A program made the translations under genes and the position numbers. A stretch of 64,000 nucleotides of DNA from Negaprion brevirostris (taxonomy: Eukaryota): contig JARDVH010000084.1 in the NCBI GenBank assembly GCA_030324005.1, positions 39,142,465 through 39,206,464 on the forward strand. Direction: 5' to 3'. The notes below the pieces were generated by a model that saw only the letters and a program-made list of their open reading frames with translations, had not been told where the DNA came from and did not search any database. Below, piece by piece: positions 12,825 to 23,900 of the stretch; the stretch's first letter is position 1, and each line of letters begins with the position of its first letter.

Positions 12825-13365
12825 TTCTTATTCTTTCATGGGATGTGGGCATCTCTGGCAAAGCCAGCACTTATTGCCCATCCCTAATTACCCTTGAACT
12901 GAACATTTCAGAGGATGGTCAAGAGTCTACTACATTGTTGTGGATCTGGAGTCGTATGTAGGCCAGAACAGGACAGGGACAGATGATTTCGTCCCCCGAA
13001 GAATATTAGTGAACCAAATGGATCCTTGCAATAATCAACAATAGTTTAATGCTCACCATCACAGACTAGTTTTATGCAGCAGATTTATTAACTGAATTTA
13101 AATTCCACCATAATTGTTTTTTACCCCATTTCACAGAGTTTTAGACTGGGCCTCGAGGTTGCTAGTTCAGTGACATCACCACAATCCTTCACTGTCGCTG
13201 GGTCAAAATCCTGGAACTCTTTTCCTAATAGCATTGTCAGTGTATCTACACTACATGGCATGCAGTGGCTTAAGAAGGTAGCTCAACACCACCTTTTCAG
13301 GGGCACTTGCAATGGAAAATAAATACTGGACTAACCAGTGATACCTATACATCATGAAAGATTAA
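12825..13365. mobile_element. Second tRNA-SINE family (minus, ~12825-13180) plus LINE 3' fragment (plus, ~13185-13365)
   Basis: ttattgcccatccctaattacccttga tail; matches the plus-strand SINE at 57870 and the LINE tail at 19000-19170. Confidence 0.6.
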
Positions 13366-14384
13366 AAGTGAGTGACAATCGAGTTTGTGGAACTGTTGTA
13401 TGTTCAATGTGTTTGTACATCACAAAACATGCTAACTAGATTAATCTCAAGCTATGCATTGTCGCCTTTTTAGTCAAAGTTCACTCTCTAAATTTTCCAC
13501 TGATATCAAAATTAACCAGTCACATGTTGAGAAAGCTTTGTCGAAATATCTGCCATGTCACTGGCATATGTCACTCCCATTATATATTTTAGAAGTCACA
13601 AAATGTATCCACTCAACCCATATGCCATTTAAACATATTCCTAAACATCTTCTTCTTCTCTTAGGCTTTCCTATTTGTTCTCAGCTTTGATTATTTCTGC
13701 TAGTCTTTTGTCATGATGTACCATCTTCTTTTCCTAACAGCATTGTGAATGCTACACCAGACGGACTGCAGTGATTCAAAAAGGTGGCTCAAGGGCAATT
13801 AGGAATGAGCAATAAACGACGGCCATGCAAGCTGTATTCACATCTCATAAAAGAATTTAAAAATCGACAAGCAAGCTTTTCCCACCCTTCTCACCAGCAG
13901 GATCTTCTTGCCCTGTCAAGGGCGCACCCCTGCTGTGGGTTTCCTGGTGTAGTGGGTTTCCTGGCAGCAGGGGACAGATTCAATTTGAAATTCCTTTGAC
14001 AGCTGTGGAATTAGAAGATCCCACCACCATTCAATGACAGGCCACCCCCCTCTACTAAGCTGCCAACTTCCCTTTTGAACAACTGTAGCTTCATACAATG
14101 CATACACATCACATTTCAGACATCTGCATATCCACATCCAATCATTTTCTGCATCTTCGCCCAAGATCGTCACAGCAGCAAGAATAGCTATAGCTTTCTC
14201 ATTATCCAGAAGCAATGTGACTGTTCTCTACAACAAACGTGGCAGCATTCTCTGTTCAACGCAGCTATGATATGTACTATCTTTCTCCCCAACACAGATG
14301 TTCCAGATATTTCCTTGGAATGTTCTTAGACCACTGAGCCATGCTTCCTGGCCACAAATTTCCACCTCCCCAGTGGGGGTTCAG

Positions 14385-14980
14385 AATTTGATTTCATTTC
14401 ATTTATTATTGTCACATGTATTAATATACAATGAAAAGTATGTTTCTTGCGTGCCAAATAGACAAAACATGCCGTTCGTAGAGAAGGAAACGAGAGAGTG
14501 CAGAATGAAGTGTTACAGTCATAGCTAGGACGTAGAGAAAGATCAATTTAATGCAAGGTAAATCCATTCAAAAGTCTGACAGCAGCAGGGAAGAAGCTGT
14601 TCTTGAGTCAGTTGGTACATGACCTCAGACTTCTGTATNNNNNNNNNNNNNNNNNNNNNNNNNNNNNNNNNNNNNNNNNNNNNNNNNNNNNNNNNNNNNN
14701 NNNNNNNNNNNNNNNNNNNNNNNNNNNNNNNNNNNNNNCTTAAAAACTTGAAGATCTCCACTCTTTCCACTTCATCCCCATTGATGTAAACAACGGCATG
14801 TTTTTCTTTATGCTTCCTGATGTCGATGACAATCGCCTCCGTTTTATTGACACTGAGAGAGAGATTATTGTTGCCGCACCAGTTCACCAGATTCTCTATT
14901 TCATTCCTGCACTCTGTCTTGCTATTGTTTAGGATCCAATCCACTACAGTGGTGTCGTCAGCAAATTAAAAAGTCGAATT
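14385..14980 (-). mobile_element. Rex1/Babar-like LINE RT and 3' end, gapped
   Basis: FADDTTVV; EIENLVNWCGNNNLSLSVNKTEAIVIDIRK..VYINGDEVERVEIFKFL. Same tail recurs at 54684-54910. Confidence 0.75.
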
Positions 14981-15910
14981 GGAAGGCAATAGGTCTCTTC
15001 TCAACTGATGACTGCAATCCCCTTAACCCCAGAGCATATTGTTTACCATGCTTGTGCATAATTTGCTTTATAGTGAAGCAAAGAGATAGAATTCAAATAC
15101 AAAAATACAGCAGCATGCATTGGAGATGTAATGGTGGCATATCTCAGACACAACCTTTCCTAATGCCCTAGTTTACTTTCAACATTTTCCTCTGTCATAA
15201 GTAATTGCAGATAGGCTCACGATTTTACAGTAGAATGCAGTTAAATATTTTTCAAAGTAATTTTCTTATTTGCGGACGAGAAAATTTGACTATTACCAAA
15301 TGGCAGTTCTAAATACAAGTTGGTTGCCTCCATGTGTTTTGGAGAAGTGAATATAGTGCTATGTTCCTGACTGCCTATACTTATATTTTAATAGCATCCT
15401 GAAGTTCTTGAAATACTGCCATATGAAAGTTTGTAGCCTCACTGTTAAAATTGACAGTTTTAATGAAATATGAATTATCTTCTGACACAGTGCTTAGATG
15501 AGCTGCATTTATATGCTGCACTCCACATGGAGAAACAGCCTAAGGTGCCTCTGTGCCAATATCAAGAGAAGAAGCCGAGCCCCCAAAGAAGGAGATTTAA
15601 GAAGAGGCATTTAAAGTCTTGGTTGAGGAAGCAGGTCTTAAGGATGAACGTTAAGATGGAATTTTAAACACCAGTATCAAGAGTTTAAAAAAAGGTATTT
15701 TGCTAATGTGGGACAACTGAGGAAGCTATATAAAATGGGCATAGTCAGAAGTAGTGGGCCGGCGGAGAAGTTAAAGGGATAAAAGAGCTTATAGACAAGG
15801 GGAGGGGTTCTTGAGAGCAGATTTATTACAATGGCTTTGAAATGGAGAGAGAATGGCAATAAACCATATCCAATGCCAGCCAACAGGGGCCAAAAAATAG
15901 ATTTTATATA

Positions 15911-16190
15911 GTTTTTATTTTCATTAGTGTCACAAGTAGGCTTACATTAATGCTGCAATGAACTTGCTGTGAAAAATCCCTTAGTCACCACACTCTTGCC
16001 CCTGTTCAGGTACACTGAGGGAGAATTTAGCACGGCCAGTCTTTTTGACGGTGGGAGGAAACCAGAGCACCCAGAAAGAAAACACGCAGATGTGGGGAGA
16101 ATGTGCAGCCTCTGCACAAGTAGTGACTGAGGCTGGGAATCGAAGCCCGCTCCCTGCAGCTGTGAGGAAGCAATGCTAACCACTGTGCTG
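15911..16190 (-). mobile_element. tRNA-derived V-SINE (HE1-like)
   Basis: Same family as 2853-3143, with an internal deletion. Confidence 0.85.
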
Positions 16191-17359
16191 ACAAACTTCC
16201 CCAAAAGAGAAGTGGCCGGAAGTCAAGCACAAATATGGTCAAAACAGCAAGAAAGGATTATGCCAAATGTGTTTAGAAGGGCTGAAATGATGGTGGCAAT
16301 TGTTGCCAAAAGAGCAGAGCTGTTGCTAAAAGTTACGGCTGATCTACAAGTGGTTAATTCCCCACAATTCACAAGCTATCTAATGACATTGAAGAGACCT
16401 TGTTGAAAATTTCAGAAGTACTTTCAGTCACGGCAGCAATAGCTATTCTTGTAAGTGGTTTGAGCAGCTAAGTTTCAAGAGTGGGTCATTGTTGTTGAAA
16501 ATCCAATCATACAGTAATGTAACTGAGGAGCATAACTATAGAAATCTTGTGATCAGCTGGAAATTGCGTCTTTCATACAGGTACTTCCTTAATCTTTGAG
16601 CACAGATTAAAACACTTAGCTTGGCGGAGGGGGGGGGGTTAGATGTGAAGAGATATCCAACTGAATAGCCCATATTTAAAAAATAAATAAAAATTTACCA
16701 AACCATTCTGATTAGCCAGGTTCACCTAATGACTTTATGTATCTTGGCACGCCTCACTTCTCACCAGCTCCGAGTGTCAGAGGAGCAATTTACCCTGGCT
16801 AGGCTAAGGTTCCTGCCCAGTCCAACCTTGCTGCACATATATCCCTTTTTGTCTGTGGCCTCTCTGTGTTCCAAGCCAATTGAAGGGCAATCATTCTAAT
16901 TTCTTCCTCAATCAATGACTTTGCAAGGAGATCTAGCAATCAGACATCTTCTCCTCCCTTGGCAAGCAGGTTTAATAAAACATTTCCTATCCTTAAAATG
17001 AACTGCATGTCATTTTATGGATCCCAAATTAAATAACTGAAACTCATGGTCACAGTTCGAAGCAGATATTGAGCCACAACATTCCAGCTAGCTTCAAAAC
17101 ACAATATTGATGTTTGCAACATTTGTTTAAATATATGTAAACCCACTTTGCTTTAAACCACTTAAATAAAACTTATTGTTAAATCTTTCCTTAGAGGAAC
17201 AAAATTCATCAAAAATCCCAAAACTACCAGGAAGTGGCCAACCAAATTCTGTTTCTTGTGTACCATTCTTTGAGACAGTGGAGGCTGTTGTTACATCTTC
17301 TAAATACTCACACTTACAATATCGAAATGGGTTCCTTTCAGAATACACCAAAGGTCTTA

Positions 17360-17590
17360 AATAAAAACAGAAAATCCTGGAAAACTTAGCAGGTCTGTCA
17401 GCATTTATGGAGAAAAAACAGACTTAATGTTTTGGGCCCATATGACCTCTGGAGCACTGAAGTAGGCTCATATGGACTTGGAATGTTAACTCTGCTGTTC
17501 TCTCCATAAATGCTGCCAGGTCTGCAGAATGTTCCAGCATTTTCTGTTTTTATTTCAGATTTCCAGCATCTGCAGTTTTTTTACTTTTAT
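17360..17590. mobile_element. Decayed palindromic element of the family seen at 21081-21612
   Basis: Arms aaataaaaacagaaaatcctgg...cagcatttatggaga and tctccataaatgctg...ccagcattttctgtttttattt, with a decayed hammerhead-like centre. Confidence 0.7.
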
Positions 17591-17619
17591 TAAAGCAGAG
17601 GTTTTAGTTGGTCCTGTTT

Positions 17620-19172
17620 CTGCTGGGATCACTTGGCTTCAGACCTCATTACAGCCTTGGTCCAAATATAGAGAAAATTGTTGAATTCCAAAGGTGAGTT
17701 GAGAGTGACTGTCCTTGAAATCAAGACCACATTTGTCCAAGTGTGGTATCAAGAAGATGTAATAAAATGAAAGTCAATGGAAAGCAAAGGAAAACTCTTC
17801 ACTGGCTGGACTCATAACTGGCTCAAGGGAAGATGGTTGTGTTTGAGAATGGTTTAAAATACCTTTTAAAAAAGATCAACATGACTGTACACTTATTTAA
17901 ATAAACATTGTAGGTATTATGGCTATGATTTGAAGCCAGATGAGCCAATTAACTCAGTCACAGATATTGCTGTTGGTGATCCTCAGGCAGTGTCCCAGGC
18001 TCAACCTCTTCGGCTGCTTCATAAATAACTTTCCTCCACCATAAGTGAAAGTTGGGATGCTTGCTGCTGACTGCAGTGTTCAGTTCCATTTGCAATTCCT
18101 TAGATAATGAAGCAGTCCATGCACACGTGTAGCAATACCTGGACAACATTCAGCCCTAGGCTGATAAGTGACAAGTAACATTCATGCTATGTAAGTGTCA
18201 GATAATCACCATCTCCAATACCCGAAAATGGAATCATCTTCCAATGACATTCGAAGGCATTATACCATTGTTAAATACCCCACAATCAATATCACTGACT
18301 GTCAATTATATCACAGTTGAGTGTTTTATTTAATGGTGGATATTAACAGGGGTTTCAATTAGGCAACTGGAACATATATTGAAGGCACACTGTTGGAGTT
18401 ATTCTGAATCACATCCTAGCCACCTAGCCAAGTGAGTTAACCAGCCCTTTGTGAATAGACTGAAACTCATTGTTGGTGCAGGAGGCATATGCTTGTAATT
18501 TGCATCCCTGTAAATGAAGACTTGAAAGATTAGGCTTCAGTTCTATCCTTCTCCTCTTAGCTATATGACATAGAACACTGACCAGAAACAAAACTGGATC
18601 AGCCATATTAATACAGTGGCTATAACAGCTGATGAGAGGCTGGGAATTATGCAGTGTGTAACATGCCTCCTGACTCCTCAAACCCAGTCCACCTTCTACA
18701 AAGCTCAAGTCTGGTGTGCAATAGAATACTCCCAACTTCCTTCAACAAAACTCTCAAGCACAAGACCATTTGGGTCAAAGCAGCCGCTCGATTGAACTTT
18801 CACTCCTTCCACCATAGCACACGGTGGCAGCAATGTACTATATACAAGATACACTTCAGCAACTCACCAAGACACCTTCTACAGCACCTTCCAAATCAAC
18901 AACCTCTATCAGAAGGGCAGTAAGCACATGGAAAAGCCACCACCTGAAAGTTTCGAAGTCACACATCATCCTGACCTGGAAATATGCCCCCATACCTTCA
19001 ATATCCTTAGGTCAAAATCCTCGAACTCTCTCCCTAACAACAATGTGGGTGTCCCATACACGCAAACTACAACAGTTCCAGAAGGTACTTCATCACTACC
19101 ATCTCGAGTACAATTAGGAATAGGCAATAAATGCTGAGCCTGCAAAGCCTGCAATCCTTGCATGAATAAAAA
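17620..19172 (+). mobile_element. Degenerate CR1-clade LINE (second family) RT and 3' end, interrupted
   Basis: Fragments DLITALVQ..LNSKGELRVTVLEIK..F.QVWYQ and QGSVPG, plus a tail with ggcaataaatgctg. A related minus-strand piece lies at ~36215-36730. Confidence 0.6.
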
Positions 19173-19429
19173 GGTCTTGGAGCAGTTCTGATTTAAGATA
19201 GCAAGTTTGAGTTAATGCTTACCAGAGTTGGGGAGGGACAAAGGTCAGCTTTGTCTATCCATGCTCTACCAAAGACAGTCTTCTGGGAGTTGACATTTTA
19301 AAACAGATAGAGAACCTCATTTTTCTAAGGTTAGTGCCAGTCAATTCATTAACTACTGATTTGTAAACTGAAGCCTGAATTAGGAACAGATTGGAACACA
19401 GTTCCAAATTAAAACGAAGGGTACAATTT

Positions 19430-20142
19430 TGAAGAAGCTGCAGGAACAGAGGGGCTTGGGTGTACATGGGCATAAATCACTGGAGGTGGCAGTGCAGGTT
19501 GAGAGAGCAGTTAAAAAAGCATATAACCTCCTGGACATTATTAATAGGGACACATAATTCAGAGCAATAATTCAGAAGCAAAGGGGTCATGTTAAAATTG
19601 GTTCGGCCTCAGTTGAAGTATTGTGTCCAATTCTGAATGTCACACTTTAGGAGGCATTAGAGTGCAGAAAATATTCATGTGAATGGTCCCATGGATGAGG
19701 AAATACAGTTATTTGTGATAGATTAGAAAGGATAGGACTGTTTTCCTTTAAGAGAAGGTTGAGAGGAAATGTGTAGAGACATGCAAAAGCATGAAGGGTC
19801 TGGATAGAGTAAATAGAGAAAAACTGTTCCCATTCATGGAAGAATCAAGAACAAAAGAACACAGATTTAAGGTAATTGGTAAAAGAAGCAGTGGAGACAT
19901 GAGGAAAAAATTCCATATAGCGATTGATTAAGATCTGGAATGCACTACCTGAGGGCATGGCGGAAGCAGAGTCAACTCAGACATTCAAGAAGGAATTGCA
20001 TTATTATCTGAAAAGGTAGAATATGCAGGGTTAAGGAGAGAAGATGGGGAGAGGCACTAGGTGAGTTGCTCATTTAGAAAGCCACTGCAGATGCAACAGT
20101 GTGAATGGTCTCCTCCTGTGCTGTAACAATTCTGTGATTCTG
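19430..20142 (+). mobile_element. CR1 LINE 3' portion
   Basis: LGVH.HKSLEVAVQVERAVKKAY; VRPQLKYCVQF; CR1-type tail ggtctcctcctgtgctgtaacaattctgtgattct. Confidence 0.8.
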
Positions 20143-20531
20143 AAGACTAAGTCATGAGCTTTGTTAAAGAGAGTTAGTATTCATAGGGAAAATTGAGGTT
20201 TATGAAGGAAAATCTGAATCATAGAACATTACAGCGCAGAACAGGCCCTTCGGCCCACGATGAAAACAAACGAGCTTTTCACTTGATTTACTGATTTGTT
20301 TATTCTATTAGCATACCTTGCACCCATTTTACACCCAAATAACAGGCAGAACATATGCCAATTCCTAATAGAAATGTTGCACCTGAAATGCTATTGCAGT
20401 TCTGGAAGTAGTAAGTACTGTACCGTTACTGAATGTTTTGAGCATTTTTGTATTATGGATGTATTCATTTATTGAAAGAAGACAAGGTGACAATTGAACA
20501 CAGTACATAAGTTATTTAACATGGGTCAAAC

Positions 20532-20679
20532 CTAGATCAAGGCCATTTCTCATGATGGTGACAGTTCGTTCATAATCTTCAGACACCAGCCTTTGGTCAC
20601 TGCCTTCTGCATATGTAAGGGAAGACAAGGAAGCTCCACTGAACTTCCCTTCNNNNNNNNNNNNNNNNNNNNNNNNNNN
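20532..20679 (-). CDS. PATJ: PATJ-like exon, start of the extra PDZ (...EGKFSGASLSSLTYAEGSDQRLVSEDYERTVTIMRNGLDLG); 5' boundary uncertain (within N gap 20653-20679, or at 20699)
   Basis: Donor CTA G|gtttga (phase 1) joins in frame to the exon at 10829. ERTVTI..LDLG resembles MPDZ ERTVTIAKG..SLG and the PATJ remnant SLDLG. Confidence 0.75.
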
Positions 20680-21124
20680 GCACTTCAGCAGCAAATTATC
20701 TAGAATTTAGTTCTGACATCAACACAGATTTAGATTATTTTAATATGAAGAATATATAAAGTCCAAATGTCTTCCAATGACACCCACTTCAACCTTTGCT
20801 GATGGTGTAGGAGATCTTGGCACGTCCTTTATTCGGTTTCTTGAAATAGTGAAATGTATTTATATCATTAATCTTGAAGATTAATAAATCTTATTCACAT
20901 ATTTCATGAATAATATTGATGCTCAAACAAAATGAATACTCGGCTACAGCAATTTAAAAAGAAATTTACTATCATCCTTGGGAATAACTTAAGTTTTGTG
21001 CAACACTTCTGAAATGGATTCAGCAGAATCAGTTATTTTTCATTTACTGAGAAGTTACATTAAACAGCATTTCATTGGCAACAAAAACAGAAAATGCTGG
21101 AGAAACACAGCCAGTCTGACAGAT

Positions 21125-21423
21125 GGGCAGCATGGTGGCACTGCTGCTTCACAGCACCAGGGGTCTGGGTTCGATTCTAGGCTTGGGTCACTGTTTGTGC
21201 GGAGTCTGCATGTTCTTTCTATGTCTGCGCGGGTTTCCTCAAGGTGCTCTGGTTTCCTCCCACAGTCCAAAAGATGTACTAGGTAGGTGCATTGGCCATA
21301 CTAAATTCTCCCTCTGCATACCTGAACAATTGGAGGGGTGTGGCGACAAGAGGATTTTCACACTAATTCCATTGCAGTGTTAATGTCAGCCTACTTACGA
21401 ATAATAAATAAACTTAAAACTAA
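21125..21423 (+). mobile_element. tRNA-derived V-SINE (HE1-like) nested in the palindromic element
   Basis: Family match. The flanking arm sequence rejoins across it (tctgacag | atctgtg). Confidence 0.85.
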
Positions 21424-21439
21424 ATCTGTGTAGAGAGAA

Positions 21440-21484
21440 CAGAGCCAATATTTCGAGTCAGGATGACCCTTCATCAGGGCTCTG
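21440..21484 (-). ncRNA. Minimal type I hammerhead ribozyme motif
   Basis: CAGAGCC-CUGAUGA-A-GGGUCA-UCC-UGACUC-GAAA-UA-UU-GGCUCUG: 7-bp stem I, 6-bp stem II, intact core, palindromic AAUAUU in place of stem III. Confidence 0.7.
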
Positions 21485-22929
21485 ACAAAGGGTCATTCTG
21501 ACTCGAAACGTTGGCTCTATTCTCTCTCCACAGATGCTGTCAGGCCTGCTGAGCTTTTCCAGCATTTTTTGTTTTGTTTCAGTTTCCGGTATCCACAGTA
21601 TTTTGCCTTTGTCTTCGGATTTAACTTGGCAACTTCTGTTTAAAGACCTGAAGAGATTCAAATACAATTTCTATTACATGCTGTTGTGACATCAAAGGAA
21701 ACCTCAATCTTACAATACACATTTGCCTTCAGCATTCGCAACATCCCAAAGGATAACACACATGCCGATTAACACAGGATTGGTCTGGATTTTTCTGGAC
21801 TTATCAAAAATAAAATGCCCTGGAGGAGCCAGAGAACTTCCACCTGTCCTTGTGATTCCAGCAACACTAGACCACACTTTCCTTGAAAAGAGTCTAATTT
21901 AGTATTCAGGATGAGGATCCCACTTCTGACTGTTGCTTCATCATTGGGAGAGAGATAAGTGCTATCAATTTGCAGCAGCTTTGAGAGCCAGGAGTACAGC
22001 ATTTCAGTTAGCAGAGAAAGAGAGCACGAAGTGAGAGGGGAAGAAAAAACTAAATGAGAATGAGAAAACAAAAACAAAATGACAAAGAGTCTATGGGCAG
22101 CAAAAAAAAGTCAGACATGAAAGAGAGGGAGATGAAAAGAGGAAACAAGAAAGAGTTAAGTAAGACTAAGTAAATGCATTAATTGACCATCAAGCTGGTG
22201 TTACAGTCCAAGTACAAAGTGGAATGGCAGGAGGAGGAATAACATCGGACTGGTCTGCACTGGCCAAAACCCCAAATTTTCCGAAGCTGAAGTGAGGGTC
22301 GTATTGCTGAGCCAAAGTCAATGAGAGAGGTTCTTTGGCATCAAGGAATGGAAGCCTCAGAAGAAGTAGGTTCAGGCAATCAACACTACTTCATCAACGG
22401 CAATTCAGTGTCATATACAAAGTAAAGGTTGATCAAGGCAGATTGAGGAACAAATCTCCAATGCAGACACTGAAATAATACTGGAAGTGTGGCTCAACTC
22501 CAAAGGACTACATAGTCTGAAAGAACAGATGAATGAGACGGCTATTAAGCACAGGATGCCCTCACCAAATTCCCCACTCCCACCCTCAGCCAAATGTCCT
22601 TCTCCTACCACTGCACTATTTCATGCCCCATTTCTTGCAGAGTCTAAATGAAGAATCAACACCTGGTTGCACTGTCTGTACCTAAAATATACAATTGAAT
22701 GATTATATTCACCTAGCTTAAATTAAGTTATGTTCAGTCTTGGTGGCGGACGGCTTCCATTTCCAGCCCTCCTGGGAGATAATTTTATCACATAATTTCC
22801 TCCCAGTTCCCCCTGCTCATTAGCTGTGCAAATCATCCTGTGTATCACTGTGTACTTCCTCCACAGTAAATAGCTCCATGTCCTGAGAAGGATTAGAGAT
22901 ACTACGAAAACAAGGTAAGCAATAATCAA

Positions 22930-23047
22930 ACATAAAAGCAAATTACTGCAGTTGCTGGAATCTGAAACAAAAGCAGAAATCGCTGGAAAATCTCAGTAAG
23001 GCTGACAGCTTCTGCGGAGAGAGAATTGAGTCCAGATAACACTTTGT
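22930..23047 (-). mobile_element. Partial copy of the same palindromic element, running into a gap
   Basis: aaagcaaattactgcagttgctggaatctgaaacaaaagcagaaatcgctggaaaatctcag is the reverse complement of 21540-21610. Another partial copy at ~62090-62172. Confidence 0.65.
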
Positions 23048-23309
23048 NNNNNNNNNNNNNNNNNNNNNNNNNNNNNNNNNNNNNNNNNNNNNNNNNNNNN
23101 NNNNNNNNNNNNNNNNNNNNNNNNNNNNNNNNNNNNNNNNNNNNNNNGAAGAATAATCAAGGTCTTATGCAAGTACAACACTTGCTCACGGAATAAATTT
23201 AACCTTTCTCTTGGGAATTCTCAACATGATCAAAAAATTGGTGGTCTCTGTTTTCTTCCACTTGGCTTTCTGCAGTTGTAAGCTCTGATTATTATAGTGG
23301 CCAAATGAT

Positions 23310-23900
23310 GAAGGATGCAATAAGCCACTAAAATTTTTACAGTGCTGGTGCACTGTACTACAGGAACACCTTTGATCTAACCAGGCAATGGAAACAAAAC
23401 TGTAGGATTCCAGTTCTAATGCTTTTGCCCTTGAATGGAACATCATCTATGGTTAAAGTAACCACTGCTATCAGCAATTCTGACTCACTACTCTGATCAA
23501 TATTCCATTTATCCATGATATATATTGCCTGAGGATAAAGGAATCAAGGCTATATGACAAAATTGACATAAAGAATGAGGTGGCTTGCATTCTTCTCAAT
23601 CTATCCAGGAAGCTTTCACGATTCATTTATATGCAGGCATGGTTTGTGAAATTCTCAAACAAGACCTTTATTGCCATGAGAGTGGCATCAGTGGCACCAT
23701 GCACTTAGAGAAATCAAACCACTGTAGAGAAATTAATTGGTGCCTCTCATTGCTTTGCTGGGACCATGACAGGAGTACCTGAATAGAACACCCATCATCA
23801 GTAATGCACTTATGCACTGTTGACTGACTAATGTGAATAATGTCACCAGAGGCCATTTGGAAACATTTAATGCATAAAAATGTAGTACTGTTATCCCCTT
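23310..23900 (-). mobile_element. PIF/Harbinger (HARBI1-like) transposase pseudogene
   Basis: Fragments FQMASGDIIHISQSTVHKCITD, KVHGATDATLMAIK, DSFILRQ and DS.GY in Harbinger DDE order, with frameshifts. Confidence 0.7.

Larger units (their letters stand above)
21081..21612. mobile_element. Palindromic Penelope-derived non-autonomous element with twin hammerhead motifs; left arm interrupted by a V-SINE
   Basis: Left arm (21081-21124 plus 21424-21477) is inverted to the right arm (21482-21575). CTGANGA/GAAA motifs on both strands. Confidence 0.75.

Noticed and set aside
22820-22882. Exon-like acidic stretch after cttctcag (DMELFTVEEVHSDTQDDLHS*)
   Set aside because: Ends in a stop with no good donor, and no recognisable homology.
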